From NCBI GenBank assembly GCA_000320545.1, contig ADNK01001597.1, forward strand, positions 1 to 59,601: DNA of 59,601 bases. The letters run 5' to 3'. This document shows positions 25,536-37,910 of this stretch, one piece after another. This stretch comes from Bigelowiella natans CCMP2755. Its lineage: Eukaryota; Protista; Cercozoa. The notes beneath the pieces are model-generated. The model made no database searches. It saw only the letters and a list, made by a program, of their open reading frames with translations, and was not told where the DNA came from. A program made the translations under genes and the position numbers. The first letter of the stretch is position 1; every line of letters begins with the position of its first letter.

Positions 25536-26205
25536 CCTCCCTCTCTGTCTCTCTCTCCCTCTCTCAATCTCCACGTTTGTTTCCAATGGTATATGGTAAA
25601 AATTAGAGATAGTATTCAGTTGGTGCCCTCCCGTGATAGCATCTACCTCTTGCAGCCTCTGTGCATGATCTTGAGCAACAGCTGCACTTGTAAGAAGGGA
25701 TGCAGGGATAAGACCGGCAGAAGCCAAGGCAGTGGCAGATTTAAGCTGGCTCGCTCTCATTTTAGCACACATCTTTGTGTTAATTCGACGAGGAGACATC
25801 AGCAATGGCCTCGAAGTCAAGGAGCGGCCCTGAAAGTCAATGTGTTTAGCAAGCTGAGTCTATTCGAATGTCGTGGAGGATGAGAGCTGCGCTGCTTGTT
25901 GGAAAATATGGGAACGAGTGACATCATCAAGAAGTCTTTGAACACACGAAGAAATCTCATTTTCCCGGTTCTCGTCTTCGTCTGAACGGTGTGGTACCCC
26001 TGTCGAGGTACCCCATCCTTCCCCAAGCCTTAAATATTTATCACTAGATGTGTCTTAAGATCATTGATACAACCTGTGTCTTTGTTCCAGCTGAAACGTT
26101 CTGATTTCTTGCTGTATAAGTGGACAAAGTAGCCAACAGAACACAGGAAACGAGTCCAAGGAGGATGAGAGAGAGACGCATTGGGTTGGAACCACTGGTA
26201 GCCAT
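23431..26205 (-). CDS. chlM: Mg-protoporphyrin IX O-methyltransferase, plastid-targeted with bipartite leader
   Basis: YFNGEGFE|RWRKIYGETDEVNK|VQLDIRDGH, VCDAGCGTGSL, YDVVTCLDVMIHYP, LKRIGELFPGPSKATRAYLH, FYFSRLLEA. Leader MATSGSNPMRLSLILLGLVSCVLLATLS (start inferred). Confidence 0.93.
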
Positions 26206-26491
26206 TTTCCACAAGAGGACTTTTGAATGAAATCGCATGTGATTTCATGCCTGCGACAACTGAACGATCAAAGTGATTTGCACCACAAATTCCACTCAGG
26301 AATTCTTGTCGCGAGCTTTGACTATGCGTACACCTTCCCGCCAAAAGGGAAGCTTGCGATTTTAATTTTGATCAACTGAAAACAAGCTGTCGTTGAGAAA
26401 TTTTCTTGTGAATTTTCACAGGTATTACCCAAGAAGATTGGTTTGCAAAAGTCAATCTTTCTTTCTTCAGATTCCGAAGTATCGCTTCGCC

Positions 26492-27409
26492 ATGCACGAA
26501 TGTTCCCTTATCCTCCTTGCATCACTTAGCTTCTCTCTCCACATCAACGCTGGCAACATAGATACGCGGTATGTAGTTCGGATAGAAATCGAAGGAATGA
26601 GCGAAATGAGCAATGGCGCAAGTACTACGGAGATAACGCTGATGGGAACGACTTTTATCTCATCGAACGGCTTCGCAACCTTCTCGCACATTCCATTCGA
26701 CGAAACTTCGTCCTCGACCCTAAGATTCGCAGAAGTGCTTATAAAATGGGATTTCCAAGGTGTTCAATGGCACGAATACTTTCCACTACTCTTAGGTGAC
26801 GAACCAGTAATATTCGGCAGAGTTTCTCTTACCTCGCTTATGATGAGGCATATGAACAATCGAACTAAGCCGAAAGATTCAGGAAATCAAATTTCTAAGA
26901 ACTACTTTATTTCGAACGTCACTGGCAAAAAAAGACATTCATATGATCTCATAGATCCGAAGAGCATTGTAGCAGCGATCATAATTTTCATTTCACTAAT
27001 TTCCTTCATTGGTTTGAGTCTAGAAGAGTCGAATCATAGCAAAGAATCAAAGGTCTTCGGGCAGGGTTCTGATTTTTCTTCACGTGAGATCACAAGAAGA
27101 CAAAGCCAATTATCAGAGGATTCGATCATTTTTAATCCGCAAGCAAGATCACAAGACCTGATCCAACGACAGCAGGAATCCAATGGGAGCAAACTATCTG
27201 TAGAGAATACTATCCACTATGGAGTTTGCATGAATGCTGATTCCTTTGAGACAGTGCAGATAGAAGAGATGTGCAAAGTTGACACTGAAAGTAGTGGCAT
27301 CCACAGTCGAAGCAGAAAGGAAATAATTTGGGAAAAATTTCTGAGACACACTAATCGCGTACACGAGAAAAACAGTGCACCCATGGTAACGTTTATGATG
27401 ACACATTAG
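26492..27409 (+). CDS. Uncharacterised single-pass membrane protein (signal-like N-terminus, TM segment SIVAAIIIFISLISFIGLSL)
   Basis: Uninterrupted ~305-codon ORF in non-repetitive sequence; no family recognised. Confidence 0.45.
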   Translation: MHECSLILLASLSFSLHINAGNIDTRYVVRIEIEGMSEMSNGASTTEITLMGTTFISSNGFATFSHIPFDETSSSTLRFAEVLIKWDFQGVQWHEYFPLLLGDEPVIFGRVSLTSLMMRHMNNRTKPKDSGNQISKNYFISNVTGKKRHSYDLIDPKSIVAAIIIFISLISFIGLSLEESNHSKESKVFGQGSDFSSREITRRQSQLSEDSIIFNPQARSQDLIQRQQESNGSKLSVENTIHYGVCMNADSFETVQIEEMCKVDTESSGIHSRSRKEIIWEKFLRHTNRVHEKNSAPMVTFMMTH

Positions 27410-27661
27410 CTTTCACTTGCAATGTGTACATGCACTAATAATGCTGTGCTAGCTAGCTAGATGTCATCTAGATTTTTTTGAGAGTTTTGATACAATTTTC
27501 AAATGCATTCATGTGATTGAAGCCATGCTACAGCGAAGCGAACACAGTGAAAAGGCGCACATGCATGTGTGCGCTGCTACATGGAAGCAATTGGGCACTG
27601 AGCAAGGATGCACCGCCAGCCAATGACTGCGGTGATCAAACGTACTAAGAGTCACATTCTA

Positions 27662-28488
27662 CTAGCCAAACTCCATTGAGTTCATCAAAAGAAACACCAC
27701 GAAGCAGTAGATCTTCAATGTCGTGACCCCAAATGCCGTACTTCCCGTTAGTCTTGCGCCTGACGTACGTGTACACACAAGCACATAACACCCTGTGGAG
27801 TATTTTCTTGGGCTTGCCGCAATCTGTGTCGCATCAGCTATTTTACGTAAGTTTGTATAGACAAGACAAGTAACCTGTTTTGCAACACATCCTGGGCCGT
27901 GTGAGCTGGCACTGTCATGGACTCGTGCTCCTCTCTGTACATCGTCCGATGGCATTCTGCGACTTTGTTTGCAAGTTCTAGTCGCGAGAAACCATTATTT
28001 CCGTTTGAATGAAGACTAAATATTGCCTCAACACGAACAGGATAATCAATAACCAGGGTAATCTTAGATTCAAGTATGACAATTTCGTCCTTGTTCCGTA
28101 AATTGACTGTGTCCTGGGCGCAGCCGAGCTCGTCAAGTGCAACATACGGGGACGGACTGTCACCTTCGTCCTTAGCATTGTCAACTTCAAAGGTTATCTA
28201 CATGTTCGTAGAAAGGAGAGAAATAAGAGAATACTTACTAAAATCAAACAGGAAAGGTAGCACATAACTACGACAAAAAGGGTTTCGTTCAACCGTGCGT
28301 GTGATCCTTCTTCTCGGAGGGACAAAGATTCTACCAGAGCCACGCCTGTGAACCACGAGAATGATGCTGAGAGCAGCAGCCAAACCTAGGCTATTCACCA
28401 GTGTTTTCATATTTATCTCATCAGCCATAAGTCCAAGAGACAAGGCTCCTCCCAAGACAGCGAAAGCAGCGATAAGCTTCCCCACCAT
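27662..28488 (-). CDS. Putative small multi-exon membrane protein of unknown function
   Basis: MVGKLIAAFAVLGGALSLGLMA... with two hydrophobic segments, followed by plausible GT-AG-bounded exons; no homology recognised. Confidence 0.35.
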
Positions 28489-28715
28489 TACCGAAAAGTG
28501 AGTCGGAAGTCCAGGAAATGACGTAAAGCTGAACCTCAGGAATCTAAGGTCAATTATATATTGCGACATCATGATTTTGGTTTTACGTGATGGAGATCTA
28601 CCGGCAATATTATGTCCATAGTTTCCGGTGTGCGACAATGAGCATAAGTTAATGTTGTTGTCGCAGGGAGAAAACAGTCATTGTCGTCAATTGCCAAAAC
28701 CAGGGAGAACCAGCA

Positions 28716-30475
28716 ATGACCCTCCCCCGTCGACGTCGACGTGCAACTGCATTACACCCACTCTCAGCCGCCATCGTCTGTGCCCTTCTTGTTTTTCTCG
28801 CCCTCAATAACTTCATTGGATCCACTCCAACCCTCGCCTCACTTACTCCTAAATCGAAGCTCGTCTCCATTGCTGCCAATAGACGAGGACTTCTGATTGG
28901 GGGGCTTTCCACTTTTGTCGCTTCGGCCCAAAGTATTTAACTGTGGTGGCGGATACATTTAGATTGCTAATTTAGGGGATTATGAAACTGAATATTTATG
29001 TGTATACTTTTGACCGCGCGTCAGAGAAGGGGGGTGGTAAGGGCGAGAGGGGGAACGGTGAAAGAAGAGGAGGACACGTATGAAGGGGGAGATTCGTGGA
29101 AAATAGAGGATTGCCACGGAACTTCTTCTTAATATTCTGTGTAAATTTTTCGATAATCGTTTATATCATTTTGATTGATACTATACACGTTACGGTACAT
29201 GATGTGTATTTTAGCTTTGCTTTCGAAAGCTGACGAGGGTGCCACCTTACAGTTTGAGTCGATGGAGGTTCGCATTTTTAAGCTAAAACATATCAATTTT
29301 GATTCCTGAGATAAGATTTTTGAAGGCTCTGAAGGGAAAAGATTATGGAAAATCGCGAATGAAGTTTTCTGATTTCGTTCAATCCCCCACGGGTCTTCAA
29401 TACAAGGACATGCGGGTACCTCCACAAACATAAATTTTCGTATTGTACTACTGCCATTATGCATTTAAACTGTATATCATGCTTGAATGCTACAGATGGG
29501 GTCTGGGAAGAGCCCATCTAAAGGAGATGAATGCATCATAGACTGGAGTGGATACACGATAGGTAATATTCAGCACCTAACTAGAATACAATTCGCGCAT
29601 CGATCATAACTTGATTTCCCACGGAAGGCTACTATGGGCGTCCATTTGAGGCCAGGGATAAGGTATTAAAAAATATCAAACAATGCTAAACACCAATCTA
29701 AGACTAAGATGAATCGCAGGCAAAGGGGGGAGATTTCACAGGAAATGAAAAGGAGTTGTTCCGTTTCCAGCTCGGGGAAAACACGGTCAGAAAGAGGACT
29801 GATAAGTGAAAAATAGTATGATGGCCGTAGAATAGGGATATTGTTAAGATGTGATATGGTGTAGAACGCTAGATATCAAGCATCTTCAAAGGAGTATGAA
29901 AAAATTCAAGGCAGACTGATCTCCGTTATCCTCGTGTGTTTGGGGAAATTAATTGGCATTGGAATCTAGGCTTTCAAATGACCTGCGATATGATGATCTC
30001 GTGTTCTAGGTGATCCCAGCGTTTGAAGAGGCTCTTCAGGGAATGAAAGAAGGCGGGTAAATATCATTTTGTGAAAGGGTTTTGATAAAGATAATCAATG
30101 GTGGAGGATGCAGATCATTCGTACCAGCACAGCATATGGAGTCGTTTTAGCCTGGTATCATAATGATTCCTGTATGTATTAGGATTCGTCGTATTATCGT
30201 GCCCGTAGAGCTGGGCTACCCGGACAACGATATGAAGAAAAAAGGACCCAGACCGACAACGTTCTCTGGAAAGCGTGCGCTAGGATTTGTGCTGGAGAAT
30301 CAGGTGGCTTGCTCATTCGTTTGTCAGTCTTTGAATCGATTGCTGGAGATGCCCCCTGCTCAGCCTTAATCTGAAACACAATATTGATTAATATAAATCA
30401 TATATTTCTCAGGGAATGATCGACAAGACGTTGCTGTTTGATATTGAGTTAATAAAAGTTAAAAACCCTAAGTGA
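28716..30475 (+). CDS. FKBP19: Thylakoid-lumen FKBP-type peptidyl-prolyl isomerase (FKBP19-like)
   Basis: IIDWSGYTI|GYYGRPFEA, VIPAFEEALQGMKEGG|IRRIIVPVELGYPDND..GPRPTTFSGKRALGFVLENQ|GMIDKTLLFDIEL. Leader has a hydrophobic signal and a twin-Arg motif (NRRGLL). Confidence 0.88.
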
Positions 30476-30984
30476 ATGGGCTGACGAGTTTCTCCGCAGA
30501 TTTTTGGTAATTCGTACGTTTTGAAATGAACTGGAATGTTTCCCTGATTGACTTGTAATATAACGACATGGGTAATCTTACGTTTATGGATCTATGGGAA
30601 ATGGCTACTTAACTCACATGCAACGACAGATTATATTGACTAAGTGACGTCGCGTGCGGTTTTTGACTCTGATGTTGCTCGGCTGCATGCCAGCTACGCT
30701 GGCTCGCTGGCTTGTGGTCCAAAGCGCACCAACATCACACGCAGCCATTGAGTGCGGCGGTGAGGTTTGCCTGCTTACAACGCGCTTGCAAGCTCACCGG
30801 GATAATTGTACATGAGTGATATAGAGTGTGTGCGTGTGTATATGTGTTTGTGCACGTGTAAGAGAGGGAAGGTGATAGAGTAACTATCATTGTTTTCATG
30901 CGCTTGCGCACTGCTGCACATATATGCTATAGAATGCCTGGGGTGATCGCTCATGTTTACACAGCTAGACATGCAAGATGGATT

Positions 30985-31050
30985 TAATCAATCAATTGAA
31001 TTTGATCAATGGTCATCCTTATGTAGCTGTGCAAAGCAGCGGCTATACAG
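30985..31050 (-). mobile_element. Short 3'-end fragment of a LINE-like element
   Basis: Encodes AAALHSYIRMTIDQIQ, nearly identical to the C-terminus of the ORF at 47177-47809. Confidence 0.6.
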
Positions 31051-31146
31051 CGCTAGACATGTATAATGTCAATAAATCTTACAAAACATGATTATTTAAG
31101 GCGTTATGCATTTTCAACAACAGTATACACAAATATTATTGATTTC

Positions 31147-32216
31147 TTAATTGCTACTATTCGTCCGTGGGACGAAAGTAAGCGCTGCACCGTTGCAACA
31201 GTGACGAAGATGCGTTGGCTTCGGACCATCCGGAAACACATGGCCGAGATGTCCATGACAAGAAGCGCAGAGAATTTCTGTGCGAACCTAAAAAATGCAA
31301 AATATTTAATTAAATATCACCGCCCAATTTCCACGCTGTAGGATAACAATTTTATCATAAATCCTGAGTTGCGCAAGTTCATATATGATAACAGGTGAAT
31401 ATCACGATTTAACAAACTGGGATTCTTGATGACCATAAAATGGCTTTTATCTGTCTTCGTTACCACAGCTCCAGGGATGCTATCGAAGAAACTGATGGAA
31501 AGATGTGGAATATCAGCTTATCGGAGGAGAGTCCCTGAGTGGGCGCGAGAAAGGAATCTTATCCATCTCTCCAGATTGGCTTTCATATGTCGTTGAAAAC
31601 CTTGGCCATCCAGTACCAGAGTTGTACTTGTCAGATGACTTGAACAATGGGGTATTACAGCCAGCGCAATGATACACCCCGTCCTTCTTGTTGAAGTTAT
31701 ATTCGTGGCTTCCTATTCAAAAAAGTCACATAGAATTCAAAAAGAGAGCAAAGAAATATTTCTGGCTATTTTCTTGCACAGCTTTGGATCCACACAAAAC
31801 GGCGACACAACCTGGAGGCTCTGTGCCATGTGCACGGAGGATCGTGAAAGTTTCCTCTCCAAGTTCATCAAACCATTCTTCGTCAGTCTTATCTATTGGT
31901 GCCTAGAACATATTATCAAACCGTAGAGATTAAGACAGGTTCGCGAGGAAGTATGGGGCGGTACCGTTTCCCCAGGTCTGAGTTCCCGGATGTTGTCTCC
32001 CGTGACGGTGGAAAACAATCGGTTTGCGAATTGTAGACGTTTTCCTGCCATGACGTTCGCGCGCATTATTCCTAGTCTGGACCTTGCCATCGTAGTTCTA
32101 AACACTAATTCAAAAGGGGAGTTCCATGCCAAACACACAATTAGTAATGCTGACGTCGCTACGCTCTTCTTTGGTGTATGATGTATCGATGCCCCTCCCA
32201 ATTCCACTTTCGCCAT
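31147..32216 (-). CDS. msrB: Peptide methionine-R-sulfoxide reductase
   Basis: [85 protein letters not shown]; N-terminal targeting-like extension. Confidence 0.92.
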
Positions 32217-32454
32217 ACAGCGGGTTGCAGAAACCGCGTATCATTTTGGCATTCACTGTGAGAGAGAACCTCGTGCGGCAGCTGTGGCCAAGGAGCGTGG
32301 CATGGTCGACGTGCGGATCACGAGGCGCTTCTAAACCAAGAGGAAATTTTACGCTGCGACATGGATAGTTTTGTTGTCGCAGTAATGTTAATCACGAAGA
32401 TTTCTTGGTTTTCTGCCGCCTGAATTATGAGAAAATCGGAAGCCACTAGGGGAG

Positions 32455-33795
32455 ATGATCATCATCACCCTTCTACGAGTACTTCTCCCAGCCATCTCCC
32501 TGCTTCCCGGTGCTACTTCCATTGTGCCTTTTGGCTTCGAATACATTAGAAACCTCACGGCCCTTCAGTCAATGATTTACTTCCATTCCTCAGGAGTAAT
32601 GGCCGAGGGCACGGCAATTGATCTAACGGGAACTGCAGGCCAATCAGTGGTCATCGTGGCTGCTGGCTGCTTTTGGAGTGTAGAGTTAGCATTCCAGCGC
32701 CTTCCTGGAGTAACAAAAACGAGGTAAGGTACTTCGTATGTTCGCAATGCACGAGCATCCCCACCCCCCTTCCTCTCTGACACTGATAAAAAAATCAGAG
32801 TTGGATATGTCGGGGGAAACCTGGAAAATCCAACGTACAGTGACGTGGTTTCAGGGCGAACGGGTCATGCGGAGGCTGTTGAGGTATCTAATATATACCA
32901 AAACATAGAGCTAGGTAGAATTAGGGGGGGGATAACAAGTAAAATTAAGTGTTTTCACGAGTTTACCTCATGAAATAATGTAAATTAAAATTCAAAATGT
33001 ACAACATAAGCGTGTCTGTTAAACCATGATTGTCGCTTATTATACACCAGGTGACATTTGATTCGAGCATAGTAAGTCTTGGTCAAGTATTGGACTACTT
33101 TTTCCTGGTTAGCTCAAGATTATGTACTATGTTTGCCACTTGATAACAATGAGTTTTCGATAGATTCATGAGCCGACAACGGTGAATAGACAAGGAAATG
33201 ACGTCGGGACTCAATATCGATCTGCAATTTGGTTCCTAAACTTTTAACAATTGTGCAGTGTACAACTTGAATCGGAACACCTCACGATTCTATACGATTC
33301 CTTCGAGAAGGTATTCGCAGGAGACTGATGAAGAGACTGTCTTTGAAGCAAAAGATCGTGCACAAAAACGTTTAGGTTGCACATGATTTGAGATGGAAAA
33401 CCGCATATTTTCCTTTGTTTATCGTTGAAAATCACTATTCGTTCTGAGAACCTATGGCATATGCAATTTGAGACAAGGGCTGCTATTTTAACGGAACAAA
33501 GGTTCATCCCAGAAAGTGGTAACAGAGATAGATTTACTACGTACCGGAGCAAAACGCTTTTGGGATGCCGAGGATTACCACCAGCAGTATCTCGAAAAAG
33601 GAGGCCAGGTTGTTTCCTGTAAATCACCAACCACAAGCTTGTTTATAACCCTTCCCCCATCCTCTCTAGAGCTCTACGAAGGGAAAGTTGGATCCAATTC
33701 GTTGCTACGGCAATAGAGGTCAGATTTTCAGTGAATATGTATACCTTAAATCATGGAGATTAACCCGAGTTCGATCCGAAAAAACAATATTTTGA
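32455..33795 (+). CDS. msrA: Peptide methionine-S-sulfoxide reductase
   Basis: AAGCFWSVELAFQRLPGVTKTR|VGYVGG..NPTY..GRTGHAEAVE, NRQGNDVGTQYRSAI, FWDAEDYHQQYLEKGG, DPIRCYG. Confidence 0.93.
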
Positions 33796-35435
33796 GTAGG
33801 GCCATGGAAAAAGTTTGATAAACCGGAAATACGGAACATATTTCATGGGATCGCGAAGGTAACCCGATGCTGTTTGTGGCTCTTCCTCTCTTTCAACCAC
33901 TTCCCATGTACAATGCATGCTTGCGAATGTGCTGTATTTCACTGTTAGTGCCGCTGTTCATTTCAACATACGTGTGATTGCTTGCAGGGGGCTGAAAGCA
34001 TGCACGAGGAACTGTAGTGACAACTCTAGCTTTTTGTGCCAATGATGGTTGCCACCAATTCCAGAGCGAATGGACTGCAAAATTGCCAGACTGCATGTTG
34101 ATCCAACACGTGTTTTTCGGCCAGCTGGCAGCGATGACTTGTTCTAGAGTTCGAGTCTTCTTTCAACATCGCAAGATTGCTGCCTGCGTGCACTTGTGCA
34201 TGCCAACATGGCACGCTGCCGCGCAATGGCACATGGTTGGTGGCGAGCACAGCAGCCGCATTTGCAATGCAAGCGGGCAGTAGACCGTCCAATTTGTGAA
34301 ACTAGACGCAAACACGATGCATGAAGAGCATTTGAGGGTTGACACACACGTGAGAACCAATCTGTCTTTTCTAGTTGTCGAGGCAAGCAATTTCTCATCT
34401 GCAAAGCTAGAAAGTGACAACTGCTGTCTGGCTGTCACCACAGTGCGTGCACATGATGGCGGCAAACACAGCGCCCACCACGAAATTCACTGCCATGCGC
34501 ACTTGAATCATTGGAGCGAGAGAGGCTTTGCAGTGAACGAACAACGATGGTGAAGTGTTTTCACCAGTGCAGGGCTGACGACTCCAGCACGCCCTCCTCA
34601 ACCCACAAACACCACCACGAAAACTGAGGCAAACTGCCGGCCACGATCACTCAGACAAATGATCTGTCGAGACCGTTGAGATTGATCAGTGTTGCAACGC
34701 TCACGGAAGACAGAGAAACGAGTGAAGTGGTTTTGAGGGTCATCGGAGGTTCTGAATTCCTGTGACTGCACTCCTGTCTGCAACGTTCCACCTGGTTGAC
34801 TGGTTGATTGAATTCACGTCCTCGAGTGAACGAAGCAATTTCAATGGTGCATTATGATCATGGGATGTGCTAACCTGTCCGTGCCCTCCTCAAGAAAGAA
34901 AGAAAGAAAGAAGTGCTTTGGAGTGGATCTCAACAATGAAACTGGATCTTGAATGAATGATGAATTGGAGGTCGCCGAGTCGCCAATGAATACCTCCCCA
35001 AAAGGGAACCAAATCGTAGGAAACGACAGACCATTTTCATGTCGCAGGATTGATTGATTGATTGATTCATTCATTCATTGATTCACGTTGGAAAAACACT
35101 GTGTGTTTTCATGTGCCTCGGAACCGCAAAGAAGAGGGTACTCAGCCTGTTGTCATGTTTGTAGGAACACTGGCAAATTCACGCGTGCGACAACACAAAT
35201 CAAGCACCATCTTGCATTTCATCCTCAAAACCCGTCGGCAGGCCATCGGGTCGGAAGCATCGCCACGCGCAAGTGCGTTCGAATGTGTTTTAGGTCGATT
35301 TTATCAGATGTTTCCACGATGGCGAATTTTTTTTGGCAACAATCTTGAAATGCTTCTCTGTCTTGGTCTCGGTTGATGCCAGCAGCGGCAGAACAACGAA
35401 GGTACTACATTTCACACCTACACCTCGAAGGCTAC

Positions 35436-36816
35436 ATGCGTGTTGCTCAACCCATTCCAGTGCTTTCTTTTCTCGTTGCTCTTTCAGCGTTCTCCTTTGC
35501 CCAGGCAAAAACTAGGGTGGAAATTCAAGCAGCACCGAAGGTTTTCAATGAGAAGCGATTAGCTGCTGTTCCTTTTGGGGCTCATTTATGATTTTGGCGA
35601 CTTGATCAGCTCAAGACTTACAATGTTGACACCAACGCCATCACCGTCTCGGGGATCTCTGCTGGGGCCTTTTTCGCTGTTCAGATGCAAGTGGCATTTA
35701 GTAGTACCATCAACGGTGCTGCAATTGTCGCAGGAGGTAGTTAGCACTAAAGCAAAGATGCAAACTACCACCTCTGAGGTGTTGCGTTCGGCCCCTTTCT
35801 AGGACCGTACCATTGTGCTGAAGGACAGATGACTAGTGCACTTACCAGCTGCATGTCTACTGGGCTTATCGATGTGAACGGAATTCTGAGATACATTGAG
35901 GCTCAGGAGAAGGTAGAATCTCATCCACATCTGAGATAGACGGCTCCTTCCTCATGCGTTGAAAGCAATTACGTCACTTGTACCACAACCTACAAGGCTC
36001 AGGCAATCGACGACACTGCAAATCTATCCAGCCACAAAGTGTTGATGTGGAGCGGAACTAACGATCATACCGTCAGCCAGAGTGTAATGAAGAGCCTTGC
36101 ACACATGTACGTCCTGGACCAGAAAATGATGATAATCCTTTGACCTTGTAGCTCTTCTTGTCCTCCTTGTGTGCTCTCCAAGCTAAGAATTCAATCGAAA
36201 CTTTCAACTTAGGTATCAAACTGGTCTTGGCGTGAATGACACCTCTATCTACTTCAATTACTCCTCCGGACATGCGTGGATCACGGACTACTACGGCAGC
36301 AGCTGCAGCACCACGGCGTCGCCGTACATCAACAACTGTGATTTCGACCTAGCTGGGGAGTCCTTCAAGATGTTCTATGGTCCAGACCTCAAAGATCGCG
36401 CCGCAAAGATGGTCGGCGCCAACCTCCTCGCCTTCGATCAGGTAGAGTTTGGAGGTGGGGCAATGGCCAGTCTGGGCAACACGGGCTACATTTACGTGCC
36501 CGGTGCATGCGCAGACGGTTCCATCGCATGCGCGCTACACGTCAATTTCCACGGGTGCAATCAGGGGGGCTACAAGCTAGGACAGACGTACGTACAGCAC
36601 AGTGGGTTGAATCGCTGGGCGGAGACCAACAACATCATCGTGGTGTATCCGCAGGCTGCATCCGCGCTCCTCAAAGAGAACCCCAATGGGTGCTTCGATT
36701 GGTGGGGTTACAACGATGCCAAGTACGCTACCCAGGATGGCACACAGATGAAAGTGATGAAGAAGATCATTGATCGTGTTTCGGGCGCAAATTCATTTGG
36801 TGCATCCTTCGTCTGA
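35436..36816 (+). CDS. Secreted poly(3-hydroxybutyrate) depolymerase-like alpha/beta hydrolase
   Basis: Signal peptide; TVSGISAGAFFAVQM (lipase box), AG|GPYHCA, WSGTNDHTV, SGHAWIT, GYIYVP, LHVNFHGC, NNIIVVYPQ, NPNGCFDWWGY. Confidence 0.85.
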
Positions 36817-37533
36817 GCAAGGACTAGAGGAACGCTGAAGTTGCCATTTGCAGGAGTCTTTTCACAGTGCACATCATGCAAAAACAGTGGACATCGCTGA
36901 CGTAGCATGCACACGACAGCTCTCCCAATCAAAGCAAAAACCATGGTAGCGCTATTTCAGCATGATGGCATTCGCCATTTGCTTGTAGGTGATGGCATCA
37001 GGCTGTTTCGTCCTAACCTCCTCACTTCAAAGCTTCGCTGTTGATCATTGTCATGATCAGCAGCTGGTTGCATGGCACATGTGCGCGGCGTGAATGCATG
37101 CATTTGAACAACTTTTGTGCAGAAACCGATCCGCATTGCTGCCACAAACAATTCAGATGAAATGAGGAGAAGATTGCAAAAAGAAAGAAAGCTGTGACAA
37201 TGCGACGCTGAGAAATGGCGCACAATGAAGAAAGACAAGAGGAACGCCGCGAGCGAGAGTCATCATGTTTTGTTGGCGAGTGAGACTCACGTTTCTGTGT
37301 CATCCAGCATCCAGCTAGCTCTAGCCATGAACATCGCCATCAGCATGCACAGCATGGCAGTGCTAGAGTGAGACAACGCAACGTCAAGAACGTGCATGAG
37401 CTGCTGACGTGACTAGCAACCCACCAGACCAGCCTAGCTAGCTAGCATTCCCACGCAACACTCCCGAAAATTTTGTGACCTTCCATGAAAATGAACTTGC
37501 AACGTGAAATTCAAGGTTCACACACGTGCATTC

Positions 37534-37859
37534 TGTTGCGCGTAAGGTGTTCACAGGCCGAGGCGCTACGTGCACAAGTAGGCAGGGGGGGGGAAAGGCA
37601 CGTTTGCTTCCTTTTGAAGAGTTGTGTTTATTTTTATTAAAGATTATATTTTTATTAAATCGTGCACTGCGTAATCATTCGCGAAGCTTTCGCGAATGCC
37701 GCCGCACGTGGGGCAGCACACTTCCGGTGTGCTGCCATGAGTCCCGCCGGAACCCACGTGCCTATGCTGTATTAATATCTACGTTATCTATATTCTATAT
37801 CCGCGACAACCCCTTTGTTGTCGCACGTGACTTGTGCCCGCGTAGTGGTACGCGCTACA
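37534..37859 (-). repeat. 3' LTR
   Basis: Direct repeat of 43123-43448; no mismatch seen. Confidence 0.96.
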
Positions 37860-37910
37860 CCTCCCCCAAGTCACGTTGCTCCTTCCTTCCTTCCTTATTC
37901 CCTTAGACCT

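Noticed and set aside
32599-33400. Selenocysteine-type MsrA
   Set aside because: The catalytic motif is GCFW with a Cys codon; the TGA triplets seen are out of frame or intronic.
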